Source: an uncultured Prochlorococcus sp.
Lineage (GTDB): Bacteria; Cyanobacteriota; Cyanobacteriia; PCC-6307; Cyanobiaceae
DNA: 64,000 nt
Direction of reading: 5' to 3'
NCBI GenBank assembly: GCA_902618795.1
Contig: CACNCF010000005.1
Coordinates: 10,401-74,400 of the forward strand
Made by a program: the position numbers and the translations under genes. Below are positions 1 through 10,975 of this stretch, one piece after another. Each line of letters opens with the position of its first letter. Position 1 is the first letter of the stretch. The notes under the pieces were generated by a model. It made no database searches. It saw only the letters and a program-made list of their open reading frames with translations, and had not been told where the DNA came from.

Positions 1-816
1 ATTGTAAGCAATTCGCTTTCTTTTGTTTTTATTAAAAATTAATTTGAAAATCTCTAGAATCAAATCAAACCTATTTTTATAGAAAATTATACTTTCATTA
101 TGTTTAAATATTTTTTCTATATTCTTACTCTTTTCTAATTTATTAGTTATTACACAACACCCACATGAAGAAGCTTCAAAAATTCTTCTGGTAATTTCAC
201 CCCATCTAGCATATTGAAAAGCAATTAATGTTGAATTATAAAAAGATGTATTCTCTTTACCGCTTTTTTGTTGATTTTTAAAATTATTTAAAAATAAAAT
301 TTTCAACATTAAAGCATATTTTCTTAAACCCATTGTGCTTCCAATAAGAATATTTCTTTTACTATAATTTTTGTTTAAAAAAATACTTTCATCTGCCCAA
401 TGAGTAAACCAATAACAATTAAATCCTTTATTTTTCCAATATTGGTAACTTTCAAAATCAGGAGTCAATGAGATGTCAGAAAGGGCTGCACGTACGTAAT
501 TACATTTTTCGGTTTGAGGTTCATCTCCTAATTCATTAATAATCATAACTTCTGGGAATTCTCTCTTAAATTTTTTAAGTGATTCATTTAAAACTATATT
601 AAAACCTGAGTAAAATATTAAAATTATGTTTATTTTATTTTTTATTATAAAATCTTTGTTCGGTAATTTTAAGTCTTGAGATTTTTTTATTTCAATTCTT
701 TTTAATCTCAGTTCTTGTTTTTCCATTTCATTAGCAAAACCAAATGGAAGATTCCATTTTTCTTTTGGATCTTTTTTATACAAAATGCACCAGTTAAGTT
801 CTTTTGCTGATTTCAT
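1..816 (-). CDS. Glycosyltransferase, CgeB/Glyco_trans_1_2-like (partial, runs off window start)
   Basis: Not in ORF track; ATG at 816 reads MKSAKELNWCILYKKDPKEKW; C-terminal part has ITRRIFEASSCGCCVITN, typical of the GT-B CgeB-like motif. Confidence 0.65.
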   Translation of the reverse strand, partial: MKSAKELNWCILYKKDPKEKWNLPFGFANEMEKQELRLKRIEIKKSQDLKLPNKDFIIKNKINIILIFYSGFNIVLNESLKKFKREFPEVMIINELGDEPQTEKCNYVRAALSDISLTPDFESYQYWKNKGFNCYWFTHWADESIFLNKNYSKRNILIGSTMGLRKYALMLKILFLNNFKNQQKSGKENTSFYNSTLIAFQYARWGEITRRIFEASSCGCCVITNKLEKSKNIEKIFKHNESIIFYKNRFDLILEIFKLIFNKNKRKRIAYN

Positions 817-865
817 ATTTTAATTTTTATATTTTTGGTTTTAGATAATTTATAAAACATCAGTT

Positions 866-1753
866 TTATCTCCAAAATTTTTTAATTTTCTGTTTCAAGA
901 ATTTAATTATTAAAATTAAAGATTCAAAAGATAAATTTTTTATTTGGTACTGAGGAGTGTATCTACCTTTGTGTTGAACGATTGGTAAATCTTCATCCCC
1001 ACCATATAAGAATATAGGATATTTATTCATGAAATCTTTTTTAGACATATTAAATTGATCAAATAACATCTTTTGATTTACTGGCCCTTCAATAAAACCT
1101 CCAAAATGACCATTCCATGATGGATAATCAAAAACAACATTATTCCATAATGTTTCACAAAACTTTTTCTCAGAAATAAAAGGACCATTCGAATATAAAT
1201 TTGTTGATAGAATCTTTGAGTTGAATTCAGTATTATTTATAATTTCAAAATTATCTATTATTCTTTTATTTATTTTAAATGCCTTATTTTTTTTGTTGAT
1301 TTTTCTATTGAATCTAATCATCTTACCTCCATTAAAAAAACAATCAGAAATTAATTGCCAATCTATTTTTTTTGTAAAAAAATGATCATGCTCCCAAAAT
1401 AAGAAATATTCTTTATTAATTTTTTTAAGTCCATTTTTAAATGCTACTGTTGCAGAAATTTGTGAAGGCATTTTTATACTACTAGGGGAAACAATCAATC
1501 TTAAACCTTCTTTTTTGCAAATATCTTCAAGTCTATCTTGATAAATTAATGAATCTTTATTATCTATTTTTAGATCATGCGTAATAAGGAAATTATTTAT
1601 ATTAGAGTTTTGTTTAATATTGTTGATGATATTTGAAATAAAATAATCATTTTTTGTTTCCACAGAACTAGCAATTATATTCTTATTAAACTCTGGGTTA
1701 TACTTTACATTACTAGTGATTATAAGCGCCTCTATATTTTTATTGGATATCAT
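866..1753 (-). CDS. Hypothetical protein, possible GT-A fold glycosyltransferase
   Basis: 295 aa ORF in LPS cluster; YFLFWEHDH resembles the hydrophobic strand plus ExD/DxD motif. Confidence 0.5.
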   Translation of the reverse strand: MISNKNIEALIITSNVKYNPEFNKNIIASSVETKNDYFISNIINNIKQNSNINNFLITHDLKIDNKDSLIYQDRLEDICKKEGLRLIVSPSSIKMPSQISATVAFKNGLKKINKEYFLFWEHDHFFTKKIDWQLISDCFFNGGKMIRFNRKINKKNKAFKINKRIIDNFEIINNTEFNSKILSTNLYSNGPFISEKKFCETLWNNVVFDYPSWNGHFGGFIEGPVNQKMLFDQFNMSKKDFMNKYPIFLYGGDEDLPIVQHKGRYTPQYQIKNLSFESLILIIKFLKQKIKKFWR

Positions 1754-1813
1754 TTTTAATTTAGAAACTCTTAATATATAATTACTAATTATATATTAAT
1801 TAGTTATATTAAT

Positions 1814-2722
1814 ATGCATTTTGTTGCATCAATAATTGTATCTTTTGCAATTTATTTTTCTATAGAGCCCTATCTATCTAAATATGTTAGAGATATTCCT
1901 AATAAAAGAAGTTCACACTTAAAGGCTGTACCATCAGCAGGTGGATTGATATTTATTATTCCTTTTTTAGGTTTTTGCCTTTGGAGCCAAAATTACATTT
2001 ATTTGTATCTATTACCTCTCATAATTATAAGTTTTATTGATGATATATTTCAAACTAGTAGATTAATTAGAGCAGTAATACAAATTATTACTCTTTATGG
2101 GATAGTAAATTATTTTGAAAATTTTTATATTAATTCAAATATCCTTAATTTTATTATTTTCAATTTTCTAGTTATTGTTGGTTTTTGTATAATAAATCTT
2201 TTTAATTTTATGGACGGATTAGATGGACTTTTATCAGGTTGCATGTTTTTAATATTATTGAGATCTATTAATTTTATAAGACCAGAACTTTCTATACTAA
2301 TAGGCTCTTTATTTGTTTTTTTAATACTCAATTGGAGTCCTGCAAAAATATTTATGGGAGATACAGGTAGTACATTTTTAGGCGCTATATATTTCATTAT
2401 TATTTTTTCATCAGCTAATTATTCTCAATTATTAATGAATCTTTTAATAGGAACTCCATTATTAATGGATAGTTTTTCATGCTTATTTTTAAGATTATTA
2501 AACAAAGAAGATATTTTTAGTCCGCATAAAAAACATTTATATCAGAGATTAAATCAAGCAGGAATTAGTCATTCGAATATTTCATTAATATATATCATTT
2601 CAACATTATTGCTTGTAGTTGTATCTACTTTTGGAAATAATTATTATTTGTTTTTAATAAGTTGTTTAGTAATTACAGGAGGAATATTTCTTAATTCAAA
2701 ATATGCTCAAGATTTTAATTGA
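1814..2722 (+). CDS. MraY/WecA-family polyprenyl-phosphate sugar-1-phosphate transferase
   Basis: Multi-TM protein with RSSH..P.AGG, FIDD, NLFNFMDGLDG, IFMGDTGS and HKKHLYQRL motifs. Confidence 0.9.
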   Translation: MHFVASIIVSFAIYFSIEPYLSKYVRDIPNKRSSHLKAVPSAGGLIFIIPFLGFCLWSQNYIYLYLLPLIIISFIDDIFQTSRLIRAVIQIITLYGIVNYFENFYINSNILNFIIFNFLVIVGFCIINLFNFMDGLDGLLSGCMFLILLRSINFIRPELSILIGSLFVFLILNWSPAKIFMGDTGSTFLGAIYFIIIFSSANYSQLLMNLLIGTPLLMDSFSCLFLRLLNKEDIFSPHKKHLYQRLNQAGISHSNISLIYIISTLLLVVVSTFGNNYYLFLISCLVITGGIFLNSKYAQDFN

Positions 2723-3515
2723 TATTTTTTCTTAAAATAAAATAAATTAATGATAAGACTTTATATGGAGTGTATAGTCTAAGAATTCTTTGAATTATTA
2801 ATGAAATAAATTTTTGTTGTTTATTTATTAATTTTAATTCATATAGACTATTTATACATGATTTTATATCGTTGAAAACATCTCTTCCCTTTCTACGTGA
2901 AAGAAAAAATCCATCTTTTTCTATTTCGACTAAGATTTCTTTTTCGCAAGAAAGACGAAGCTTATTTTTTATAATTTTCCCCATAAATAACCAATCTTCT
3001 GCAGTTCTTAAATTTGGATAACCATTTATTTCTATAAACTTTTTTCTTTTTATGGCAATAGAAACGTTATTAAATGGAGTTCTAAATGGCAAGATTCTTT
3101 TTGCTTTAGCAATAGTTCTAGATGAAATTCTTATAGCATTATTATTTTTTGTTATCTCTTTTATATCCCCAACGGATATATCATTCATTTTTAATGAATT
3201 TAATTGTATTTTAATCCTATTACTTGTAGATTTGTCTCCAGCATCCAGGAAAATTATATTTTCGGCTTTCGAAAAATAAACTCCTAGATTTCTTGCTAAT
3301 CCAGGACCCTTATTTTTAAAAGTGTAAATAATAATAATTTTATTCTCTAGTGGATGTTCAAAATATAAATTAAGCGGAAATTTTTTACAACCATCAATTA
3401 CTAGAAAAATATTACCAATAAAGAGACTTTCACCCATGATTGAGTCCAAGGATCTTAAAATTTCTTTTTTGGTATTTCCTTTCCACGTAGGAATAACAAT
3501 ATCAGTAGTCTCCAT
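2715..3515 (-). CDS. Glycosyltransferase family 2
   Basis: IVIPTW, VIDG, NKGPGLARNLG, FLDAGD, AEDWL motifs. Confidence 0.85.
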   Translation of the reverse strand: METTDIVIPTWKGNTKKEILRSLDSIMGESLFIGNIFLVIDGCKKFPLNLYFEHPLENKIIIIYTFKNKGPGLARNLGVYFSKAENIIFLDAGDKSTSNRIKIQLNSLKMNDISVGDIKEITKNNNAIRISSRTIAKAKRILPFRTPFNNVSIAIKRKKFIEINGYPNLRTAEDWLFMGKIIKNKLRLSCEKEILVEIEKDGFFLSRRKGRDVFNDIKSCINSLYELKLINKQQKFISLIIQRILRLYTPYKVLSLIYFILRKNIN

Positions 3516-4245
3516 ATTTTTTTCTAAATTTATAAAAAAGTTTTGGTAGTAATAATGTTAAATAAATAAAAAATCCTTTTAATTTTTTAAGTTTAATTAA
3601 AATAAGCATATTCTCAATGTTTTTTTTAATTATAGATTTAGAACTAATTCCATTTTTTGCCTCAAATGTGACCTCTAATCCACTATTTTTAGGAATATCA
3701 TTTTCAATATTAATTTTGCTATTTTCAATATATTTAATAAAGTAATGATAATCTGAAGAAATTTTGTAATTAGTACTATATTTTAAGTCATTCTTTTTAA
3801 AAATTATTGCATTATGGCAATATGGCATGCCGCTATAAATATTTCTGAAATCATTCTCTAACTTATTTCTATTTGAAAGCTTATAGTCTAATGTTTGTAT
3901 TTGATTGTTTTTTAGATTAAAGTTATTTGATTTTTTTTTGATAAGATCTCCTTCTCCAAGAACCATATAAAAACTATTTTTGCTTATTTGATCCAATCCA
4001 ATATTTATTGCATGATATATTCCCTTTTTGGGGGCAATAATAAATTTAATAAAGTAGGATTCAAATTTAAAATTTTTTAAATAATTACTTTTTATTTTAT
4101 CTATTAATTCTATGGATTCTCTATCATAAATTACTATATGATTAATTACAGTTTTTAATTTTAAAGAGGAAATAGATTTTATAGTATTCAATAAATAATG
4201 AGAAATATTATTTTTAAAAGGCGTAATAATGTATAACTTTTGCAT
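3502..4245 (-). CDS. Glycosyltransferase family 2 (WcaE-like)
   Basis: IITPFKN, KGIYHAINIG, PYCHNAI, YKISSDY motifs. Confidence 0.75.
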   Translation of the reverse strand: MQKLYIITPFKNNISHYLLNTIKSISSLKLKTVINHIVIYDRESIELIDKIKSNYLKNFKFESYFIKFIIAPKKGIYHAINIGLDQISKNSFYMVLGEGDLIKKKSNNFNLKNNQIQTLDYKLSNRNKLENDFRNIYSGMPYCHNAIIFKKNDLKYSTNYKISSDYHYFIKYIENSKINIENDIPKNSGLEVTFEAKNGISSKSIIKKNIENMLILIKLKKLKGFFIYLTLLLPKLFYKFRKKYGDY

Positions 4246-4246
4246 C

Positions 4247-5491
4247 TTATTTATTATTTAAAGATTTATAAAGTTTTAGGTATTGATTAGATACTTTTTT
4301 ATAACTCCATTTTTTTATAGCCTTTTCTCTACATTTGATTTTAAAACTTTTCATTAAAGATTCATCTTTTAATAATTGATTTATTTTAGAAGCCATCTTT
4401 TGGCAATTAAATTTCTCAATTAAAAAACCATTTAGATTATTGTCAACTATATCTTTTAAACCTGATGAATTAAAGGCAATTACTGGGGTGCCACAAGCCA
4501 TCGATTCGCTTGCCACCTGACCAAAAGATTCCATCCTTGAGGGCATAATTAAGATGTCAGCTGCAGAATAAATTAATGCTAAGTGTTCTTCATTTTCAAT
4601 AAAACCCTGATTATAAGAGAAGATATCTAAATCTAAATTTTTGAAAAAGGAGTCACTTTTACCAAAGGTTATCAATGAAAATTTTTTATTTTTTTCATAC
4701 AGGAATTTAAAGGTGCTCATTAATAAGTCTCCTCCCTTTCTTAAATCTTTGACACCATCAATTGCTCCAAAAGCTAATAACTTCTTATCGAATGGTATTT
4801 TCAGAATTTCTCTGGCCTTCTTTTTTTTTATCGGCCTGAAAATTTCTGTATTTATTGGATTTGGGATAATACTTATATCCCAGTTTTTCATTAAATAAGA
4901 ATTTCTTGCATGTTTAGCAAGCCAACTACTTGGACAAACAATTTGAATTGGTTTGTCCCATGATTTGATTTTTCTTTTTAGACACCAATTATCTAAAGCA
5001 TCTATTAAAAATTTTCTCTTAAAAAAATTATTCTTTGATAATTTTCTTTGAAAAATATCTTTAGGGTAATGACTTGTTGATGAGAAGGGCCATGCATCAT
5101 GAAGTGTCCATACTAGTGGTTTATTAATTCTTCCAATAGATTCTATTGAAATCATCTCATGTTGTACCCAATGCAAATTTATGATTGCAAAATCTAGATT
5201 ATTAATTTTTGAATCTACTTTTGAAGGCAATAATGATATGGAATGAAAATTTTGATCACTATAATCAATTAATTTTATAATTAATCTTTCAACATATAAT
5301 TTGGTAAAAGTTTTGAATTTATTAAAAAAATTGTTATTACAAAATGTATTTGGAATATTATTAAATTTTCTACTTACATTAAGACGACTTTCTTTTAGAA
5401 GAGGATTATTATGTAATGCTTCGTGTATCCTTCTTGCAGCTATTCCAGCACCTGATTTCCCATCACTATGTGATAAATGTAAAACTTTCAT
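4247..5491 (-). CDS. Glycosyltransferase family 4 (WcaC-like)
   Basis: GAGIAARR, WTLHD, ESFGQVASESMACGTPV motifs. Confidence 0.9.
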   Translation of the reverse strand: MKVLHLSHSDGKSGAGIAARRIHEALHNNPLLKESRLNVSRKFNNIPNTFCNNNFFNKFKTFTKLYVERLIIKLIDYSDQNFHSISLLPSKVDSKINNLDFAIINLHWVQHEMISIESIGRINKPLVWTLHDAWPFSSTSHYPKDIFQRKLSKNNFFKRKFLIDALDNWCLKRKIKSWDKPIQIVCPSSWLAKHARNSYLMKNWDISIIPNPINTEIFRPIKKKKAREILKIPFDKKLLAFGAIDGVKDLRKGGDLLMSTFKFLYEKNKKFSLITFGKSDSFFKNLDLDIFSYNQGFIENEEHLALIYSAADILIMPSRMESFGQVASESMACGTPVIAFNSSGLKDIVDNNLNGFLIEKFNCQKMASKINQLLKDESLMKSFKIKCREKAIKKWSYKKVSNQYLKLYKSLNNK

Positions 5492-5545
5492 TTGATCTTT
5501 TAAATATAAGGATATTTAGAAAATTCTTTTGTTAGAGATGTTTTT

Positions 5546-6172
5546 TTAAGCAATTTCATTAGAGATAATTCTTTTATTGTACTTATGGCTTAAATTCTTA
5601 GAATGATTATTATTTTCAAATTTATTAGTTAAATATTGTTTAATAAAATGAAAAATAACCAATTGAATATCTTCTATGATTTCCATATCTTTTATAGGTA
5701 TATGAATATGGTTCCTACAAATATTTTTTAATTCTCCCCCATTATAACCAGTTATAGAAAATGTATTTATATTAAATTCCCTGGCTTTTTGGGCACATTT
5801 TATAAGATTAATTGAATTGCCACTACCTGAAAGGAAGATAATGAGATCTTTTTTATTTATTCTCCCAGGAATTAAAAGTGAAAATACCTCAGAAAAATCA
5901 ATATCGTTTGAAGCTGCAGTCAGATAACAGGAATTATCGGCAAAAGAATTAATTTTTATTACTTCCCCTAATGATGAGAAAGTTTTTGAAAAATCACCGT
6001 TTACATGATTAGCATTTGCTGCGCTTCCACCATTACCAAGAATATGAATTTCATCTCTAGTCCCCATATATGATTCAATTTGTGCTGTAAGATTTAAAAT
6101 ATCTTTTTCACTTATGGAATTTATTGCATTTAGGAGTTTTTTATTATAATTTTTCCACTGATTTAGTAACAT
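5546..6172 (-). CDS. gmhA: SIS-domain phosphoheptose isomerase (GmhA-like)
   Basis: GNGGSAANANH, LTAASND, LSGSGNS motifs. Confidence 0.7.
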   Translation of the reverse strand: MLLNQWKNYNKKLLNAINSISEKDILNLTAQIESYMGTRDEIHILGNGGSAANANHVNGDFSKTFSSLGEVIKINSFADNSCYLTAASNDIDFSEVFSLLIPGRINKKDLIIFLSGSGNSINLIKCAQKAREFNINTFSITGYNGGELKNICRNHIHIPIKDMEIIEDIQLVIFHFIKQYLTNKFENNNHSKNLSHKYNKRIISNEIA

Positions 6173-6299
6173 TAATTTTGTCCCTATTTAAATATTATAA
6201 CCTTAATTAATCAAAATATTTAACATTATATTATTATTATTTCTTTTTATAAATATTTAAAAATTAGTTTTTTAGTCCTTAATAATAGTTTATGGTTTT

Positions 6300-7271
6300 T
6301 CAATTATAAGTTCTATAAAAATTTTTTAATTTCTTGATTATTTTTCTAATAAAAAATTTTAGTTCTTTTGGATTTAAAGGATTTGCGCCAGAATAGCAAA
6401 TTATCTCTGTAAATCTATCTGCTTTTTTTGATTTAATAATATTGTTAGGATGTTTTATAGGAAGTAAACCACTAGAGAATCTTTTAAAATTTTCTAATCT
6501 TGAATCAAAAACCTCTTCTTTTGTGTGCGTAGCTTCATCATCAAATCCGATATTTTCAATAAGATTTTTATTTGGTATGATAGTTAAACCTGAATTAACT
6601 AAGCAGATATATGTCCACTGATAGTCCCATGTATCAGGCTCGGAATGATAATAAATATTATCAAATATTCTTTTCCAGTAATTAATTTCTCTTTTGCTTG
6701 TAAAAAGATCCTCAATAATTTTCGCATCCTTAATTTTAGGCCAGCTTTTAATTTCACTATCATATTTTTCCCAACATCTTTTCCAAGTTGCCCAGCCCCA
6801 ACAATGAGAATATTTGCTGAAATAATATGAGTTTTCGCCGAATGTTTTCCCAAGCTGAATATTTTGTCCAGTAATACTCCATATACGTTCGTCAGTTCTA
6901 TATTTCTCTAATAACTCTTCACAAAATATGAAAAAATCTAAGTGAGGTAAGCAGTCATCTTCTAAAATTATGCCTTCATTTTCATTTTTAAAAAACCAAT
7001 TAATTGCACTACTTACGCCATACTTACAACCTTGATTGTAATTACTAAACAAATATTTTTTTTCACAATTCCAATCAATTTTTTCTTTAAGTATTTTTCT
7101 AGTAGCAATAATATTTGATTCATATCTATTATTTTTTTTATCAAATCCATCACATGCGATATAAACTTTTGAAGCATTAATTTCTTTTATTTTTTCAATA
7201 ATCCTTAATGTCTTTTCTGGTCTGCGCCATGCAATGATTAATATGGGAACACAATAATTTTTTTTATTCAT
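6300..7271 (-). CDS. Nucleotide-diphospho-sugar transferase (GT-A, HlpA-like)
   Basis: IACDG, GIILEDDC, HCWGWATW, WDYQW, NIGF motifs. Confidence 0.8.
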   Translation of the reverse strand: MNKKNYCVPILIIAWRRPEKTLRIIEKIKEINASKVYIACDGFDKKNNRYESNIIATRKILKEKIDWNCEKKYLFSNYNQGCKYGVSSAINWFFKNENEGIILEDDCLPHLDFFIFCEELLEKYRTDERIWSITGQNIQLGKTFGENSYYFSKYSHCWGWATWKRCWEKYDSEIKSWPKIKDAKIIEDLFTSKREINYWKRIFDNIYYHSEPDTWDYQWTYICLVNSGLTIIPNKNLIENIGFDDEATHTKEEVFDSRLENFKRFSSGLLPIKHPNNIIKSKKADRFTEIICYSGANPLNPKELKFFIRKIIKKLKNFYRTYN

Positions 7272-7302
7272 AAATAATGATATTGATTAATTAATTAAAA
7301 TT

Positions 7303-8130
7303 TCATGATAATTTTTGCCATGATTCGACATTATATTTAAAAGAACCATGAGTAAATATGGGACTTAAAAAGTGCCCACTAAATATTTTTTTATTTGATT
7401 TGAAACCTAAATAATTCAATAAATAATCAATTGGAAAATTTTTGGAAAATTGATCAATATTAACTATTTCTAGAAATTCGCTTACTAAATTTCTCGATAG
7501 TAAATAGCAACAAGCAGTATTTGTATATAAATCATTAATATATACATCATAAACTTTATTATTTAAATTATTTTTTAAAGGTAAAATTTTTGATAATTTA
7601 TATCCCCCTGCTAAATCTAAAAAAATATTTTCTTGGTTTTCAATATACAAATTATTAAAAATTGTATGCAACCTTTTTTTAGAATTTTCAAGGCATATAG
7701 CATCATCCTCAAAAATAATAATATAATCTGAATCAGTTTTCAGAAATAATTCCCATGCAAATATATGCTTATCTCTTACGATCTTCTCTATTACGTTATG
7801 TTTATAAGTCTCTAAATTTTTAATTTTTGAAGAAAATAGAATCTTTAATATTCTTTTAAATATGTAAGCAATATTTGCTAAATACGAAATTAAGTCATTA
7901 AATATTAAAAATCTCTTATGGTAAATATTAAATAACTCCTTAAATAAAATTATTTTTAAATTTAAAATTTTTAAAATTAAATTTGAGTAATTATTTTTGG
8001 GTATCTTTTGTTTACTTACCTGATTTAAATTTATATTAAGCGTTTTAATCAAATTCTTTATTTGCGTTCTAATAAATTTCCTTTTTATCGAATTATTATG
8101 AATAATATATGCAGATATTTTAAAATTCAT
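7303..8130 (-). CDS. Glycosyltransferase family 25-like
   Basis: HIFAW, IIFEDDA, TACCYLLS, FPIDY motifs. Confidence 0.6.
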   Translation of the reverse strand: MNFKISAYIIHNNSIKRKFIRTQIKNLIKTLNINLNQVSKQKIPKNNYSNLILKILNLKIILFKELFNIYHKRFLIFNDLISYLANIAYIFKRILKILFSSKIKNLETYKHNVIEKIVRDKHIFAWELFLKTDSDYIIIFEDDAICLENSKKRLHTIFNNLYIENQENIFLDLAGGYKLSKILPLKNNLNNKVYDVYINDLYTNTACCYLLSRNLVSEFLEIVNIDQFSKNFPIDYLLNYLGFKSNKKIFSGHFLSPIFTHGSFKYNVESWQKLS

Positions 8131-8984
8131 GAAATTTTCCCAAAGATATATTTAACAGAAAATTTTAATTCTCTTAATAAATAAATGATATTTTTTTTAG
8201 ATATTTTTCTTAATAGATTTTCGCGGGATTTTAATTTTAGATAATAAGAGAAACTAATAATACAAAAGTGTATTTGACTTATAATATTCCTTCCGAAAAA
8301 GTGGTGATAACTTATTTTTATATTATTAAATCCAAATATAGTTCCAATCCCATAAACTAATTTGTTCCCTTCTAAGGGCCAAATTGGTTTCTTAGTAGTG
8401 CTTAATGGAACAAATACGTATTCATCTAATAATTCTGGCCATTCCCATGAAATCTCTTCACTAACATCGGATCTTTTATTGGCTTTCCAAGCTCTTTTAC
8501 CTATGCTTTTAATTTTCTTTGTATAAAAACACATAAATGATTCAGCTATAAAAATATGTTCATTATTATCTAAACAATTTGTTCTTTGAATATTGCCATT
8601 AACACCTTTATGAAATGCTGTTGCAAAAGCTATCTTTATAGAATTTCGACTAATTGGAAATGCATCTATATCAATTAAAAGACAATAACTCTCTTCATTA
8701 ATTAGGTTTAATAAGTTATTAATCATTACTCCATGAATGGTCAAATAGCCATCTTGATCATGTGAATTTTGAGAAATTTGTTCACAATATTTTTTGTCGA
8801 ATTCAAGATTAAGGATTTTTATATTTGAAGGGGCTAGAAGTCGAATGATTTTATTCCTAAAAAAAAAGCACCAATTTTTGGCGATATTTTTAGTGACAAC
8901 AGTAGCAATGATTAGTTCCTTCTCACTTTTTATAAGGTTATCCCACAATTTATTGATTTCTAAAATATTTTTATGAGTATTCAT
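8127..8984 (-). CDS. Hypothetical protein, possible DxD glycosyltransferase
   Basis: 285 aa ORF overlapping both neighbours by 4 nt; [10 protein letters not shown] motif. Confidence 0.5.
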   Translation of the reverse strand: MNTHKNILEINKLWDNLIKSEKELIIATVVTKNIAKNWCFFFRNKIIRLLAPSNIKILNLEFDKKYCEQISQNSHDQDGYLTIHGVMINNLLNLINEESYCLLIDIDAFPISRNSIKIAFATAFHKGVNGNIQRTNCLDNNEHIFIAESFMCFYTKKIKSIGKRAWKANKRSDVSEEISWEWPELLDEYVFVPLSTTKKPIWPLEGNKLVYGIGTIFGFNNIKISYHHFFGRNIISQIHFCIISFSYYLKLKSRENLLRKISKKNIIYLLRELKFSVKYIFGKIS

Positions 8985-9922
8985 AAGTTCAATTCCTCAA
9001 CAAAATAAGATATCGTTTTATTTAACCCTTCATCTAGGCTAATTAAAGGATTCCAATCAAGTTTTTCGTTGGCTTTAGTTATTACTGGTTTTCTTTGCAT
9101 TGGATCATCCATTGGTAATCTTTTGAATATGAATTCTTTATCCAAGTTTGTTTTTTCACGAATGATTTTAGCTAAATCAATTATTTTAAATTCTTCTGGA
9201 TTACCTAAATTGATGGGACCATTTTCTTTGGAATCCATTAACTTTATCAATCCATTTATGAGATCATCTACATAACAGAAAGATCTTGTTTGATCTCCCC
9301 TTCCATATATTGTTAGGGGTCTTTTTAACAAGGCCTGAACAATCAAATTACTGATTACTCTCCCATCATTTGGCAACATTCTTGGTCCATAAGTGTTAAA
9401 TATTCTGGCAATTTTAATATCTACACCATGATTCCTTTTGTAGTCAAAACATAAGGTCTCTGCAATTCTCTTGCCCTCGTCGTAACAACTTCTTATCCCT
9501 ATTGTATTGACATTCCCAAAATAAGTTTCTGGTTGGGGATGAATTTCTGGATTTCCATAGACTTCACTTGTGCTAGCTAAAAGTATTTTTGCTTCAACTC
9601 TTTTTGCTAATCCCAGCATATTATAGGTACCTAAAAAGCTAGTTTTTGCAGTCTTAATTGGATTATATTGATAATGAATCGGAGATGCTGGACAGGCTAA
9701 ATGCCAAATTTTATCAACTTCTAACGTAATTGGTTTTGTTACGTCATGTCTAATTAACTCAAACTTCGGATTATTCATCCAATTATATAGATTGCTTTTT
9801 CTTCCCGTAAAATAATTATCTAGACAAATAACTTCCTCATCTTTGCCCATTAATTTATCTACAAGATGTGAGCCTAGGAATCCTGCCCCACCTGTAACTA
9901 GATTTATAGTGTTCCTACTCAT
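8981..9922 (-). CDS. UDP-glucuronate decarboxylase (UDP-xylose synthase) family SDR
   Basis: [42 protein letters not shown] motifs. Confidence 0.92.
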   Translation of the reverse strand: MSRNTINLVTGGAGFLGSHLVDKLMGKDEEVICLDNYFTGRKSNLYNWMNNPKFELIRHDVTKPITLEVDKIWHLACPASPIHYQYNPIKTAKTSFLGTYNMLGLAKRVEAKILLASTSEVYGNPEIHPQPETYFGNVNTIGIRSCYDEGKRIAETLCFDYKRNHGVDIKIARIFNTYGPRMLPNDGRVISNLIVQALLKRPLTIYGRGDQTRSFCYVDDLINGLIKLMDSKENGPINLGNPEEFKIIDLAKIIREKTNLDKEFIFKRLPMDDPMQRKPVITKANEKLDWNPLISLDEGLNKTISYFVEELNL

Positions 9923-10045
9923 ATTTTAATGACATATATTTAATTAGATATTTATTTTAATATATTAAAGATTAAATATATAAAGTAAATTTTGTGAATT
10001 AAAGTAATACGAGTTATCTATTGAAGCCTTATAAATATTAATAAA

Positions 10046-10918
10046 TTAATCTATTTTCATTACTTTTAATAAATAATTTCCATAAGAACTTTTGGCATAT
10101 TTGTCTGCTATTTTGATTAATTGATTTTTACTAATCCAACCCATTCTCCATGCAATTTCTTCGGGGCATCCAACTTTCAATCCTTGCCTGTTTTCAATGG
10201 TTTTAATAAATGCACTTGCCTCTTGCAGAGACTCAAATGTACCTGTATCTAACCAAGCAATTCCTCTCCCAAGTATTTCAATTTTTAATTGCTTATCTTT
10301 AAGATACATATTATTTAAGTCAGTTATTTCCAGTTCTCCTCTATTAGATGGCTTAAGTTTTTTTGCTTTTTCTACAGCAGTCTTGTCATAAATATATAAT
10401 CCAGTTATTGCATAACTACTTTCTGGATTTGATGGCTTTTCTTTTATTTCTTTAATGTTGTAATTTTTATCTAATTTTGCAATGCCAAATCTTTTGGGAT
10501 CATTAACTCTATATCCGAATATACAAGCTCCCTTTTTTACTTTGAAACCTTTTTTTAGTTGAGGTATCAAATCATGCCCATAAAATATATTATCACCCAA
10601 TATTAAAGTAACGGATTTATTTTTGATAAATTCTTCAGATAATAGTAAAGCTTGTGGGATTCCAGCTGGTTTATTTTGTATTTTATATTTTATATTTATG
10701 CCTAAAAAAGAACCATCTTTGAATAACTTTTGGAATAATGAAAAATCATCTTCAGTAGTTATAATTAATATATCTCTAATACCCATAAGCATTAAAGTGC
10801 TTAATGGATAATAAATCATTGGTTTATCATATATAGGAAGTAATTGTTTATTAAAAATATCAGTTAATGGAGCTAATCTTGAGCCTGTTCCTCCCGCAAG
10901 AATTATTCCTTTATTCAC
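10046..10918 (-). CDS. rfbA: Glucose-1-phosphate thymidylyltransferase
   Basis: GIILAGGTGSRL, KQLLPIYDKPM, RGELEITD, WLDTGT motifs. Confidence 0.95.
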   Translation of the reverse strand: MNKGIILAGGTGSRLAPLTDIFNKQLLPIYDKPMIYYPLSTLMLMGIRDILIITTEDDFSLFQKLFKDGSFLGINIKYKIQNKPAGIPQALLLSEEFIKNKSVTLILGDNIFYGHDLIPQLKKGFKVKKGACIFGYRVNDPKRFGIAKLDKNYNIKEIKEKPSNPESSYAITGLYIYDKTAVEKAKKLKPSNRGELEITDLNNMYLKDKQLKIEILGRGIAWLDTGTFESLQEASAFIKTIENRQGLKVGCPEEIAWRMGWISKNQLIKIADKYAKSSYGNYLLKVMKID

Positions 10919-10975
10919 CTTTATAAAATGTGATTTAGCTAATATAAAATTATAATATAAAAGGCTATTTATATA

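Noticed and set aside
1-9000. Poly-A/T runs in glycosyltransferase genes as phase-variation tracts
   Set aside because: Runs of 8-9 nt are expected in such AT-rich DNA and the frames are intact.
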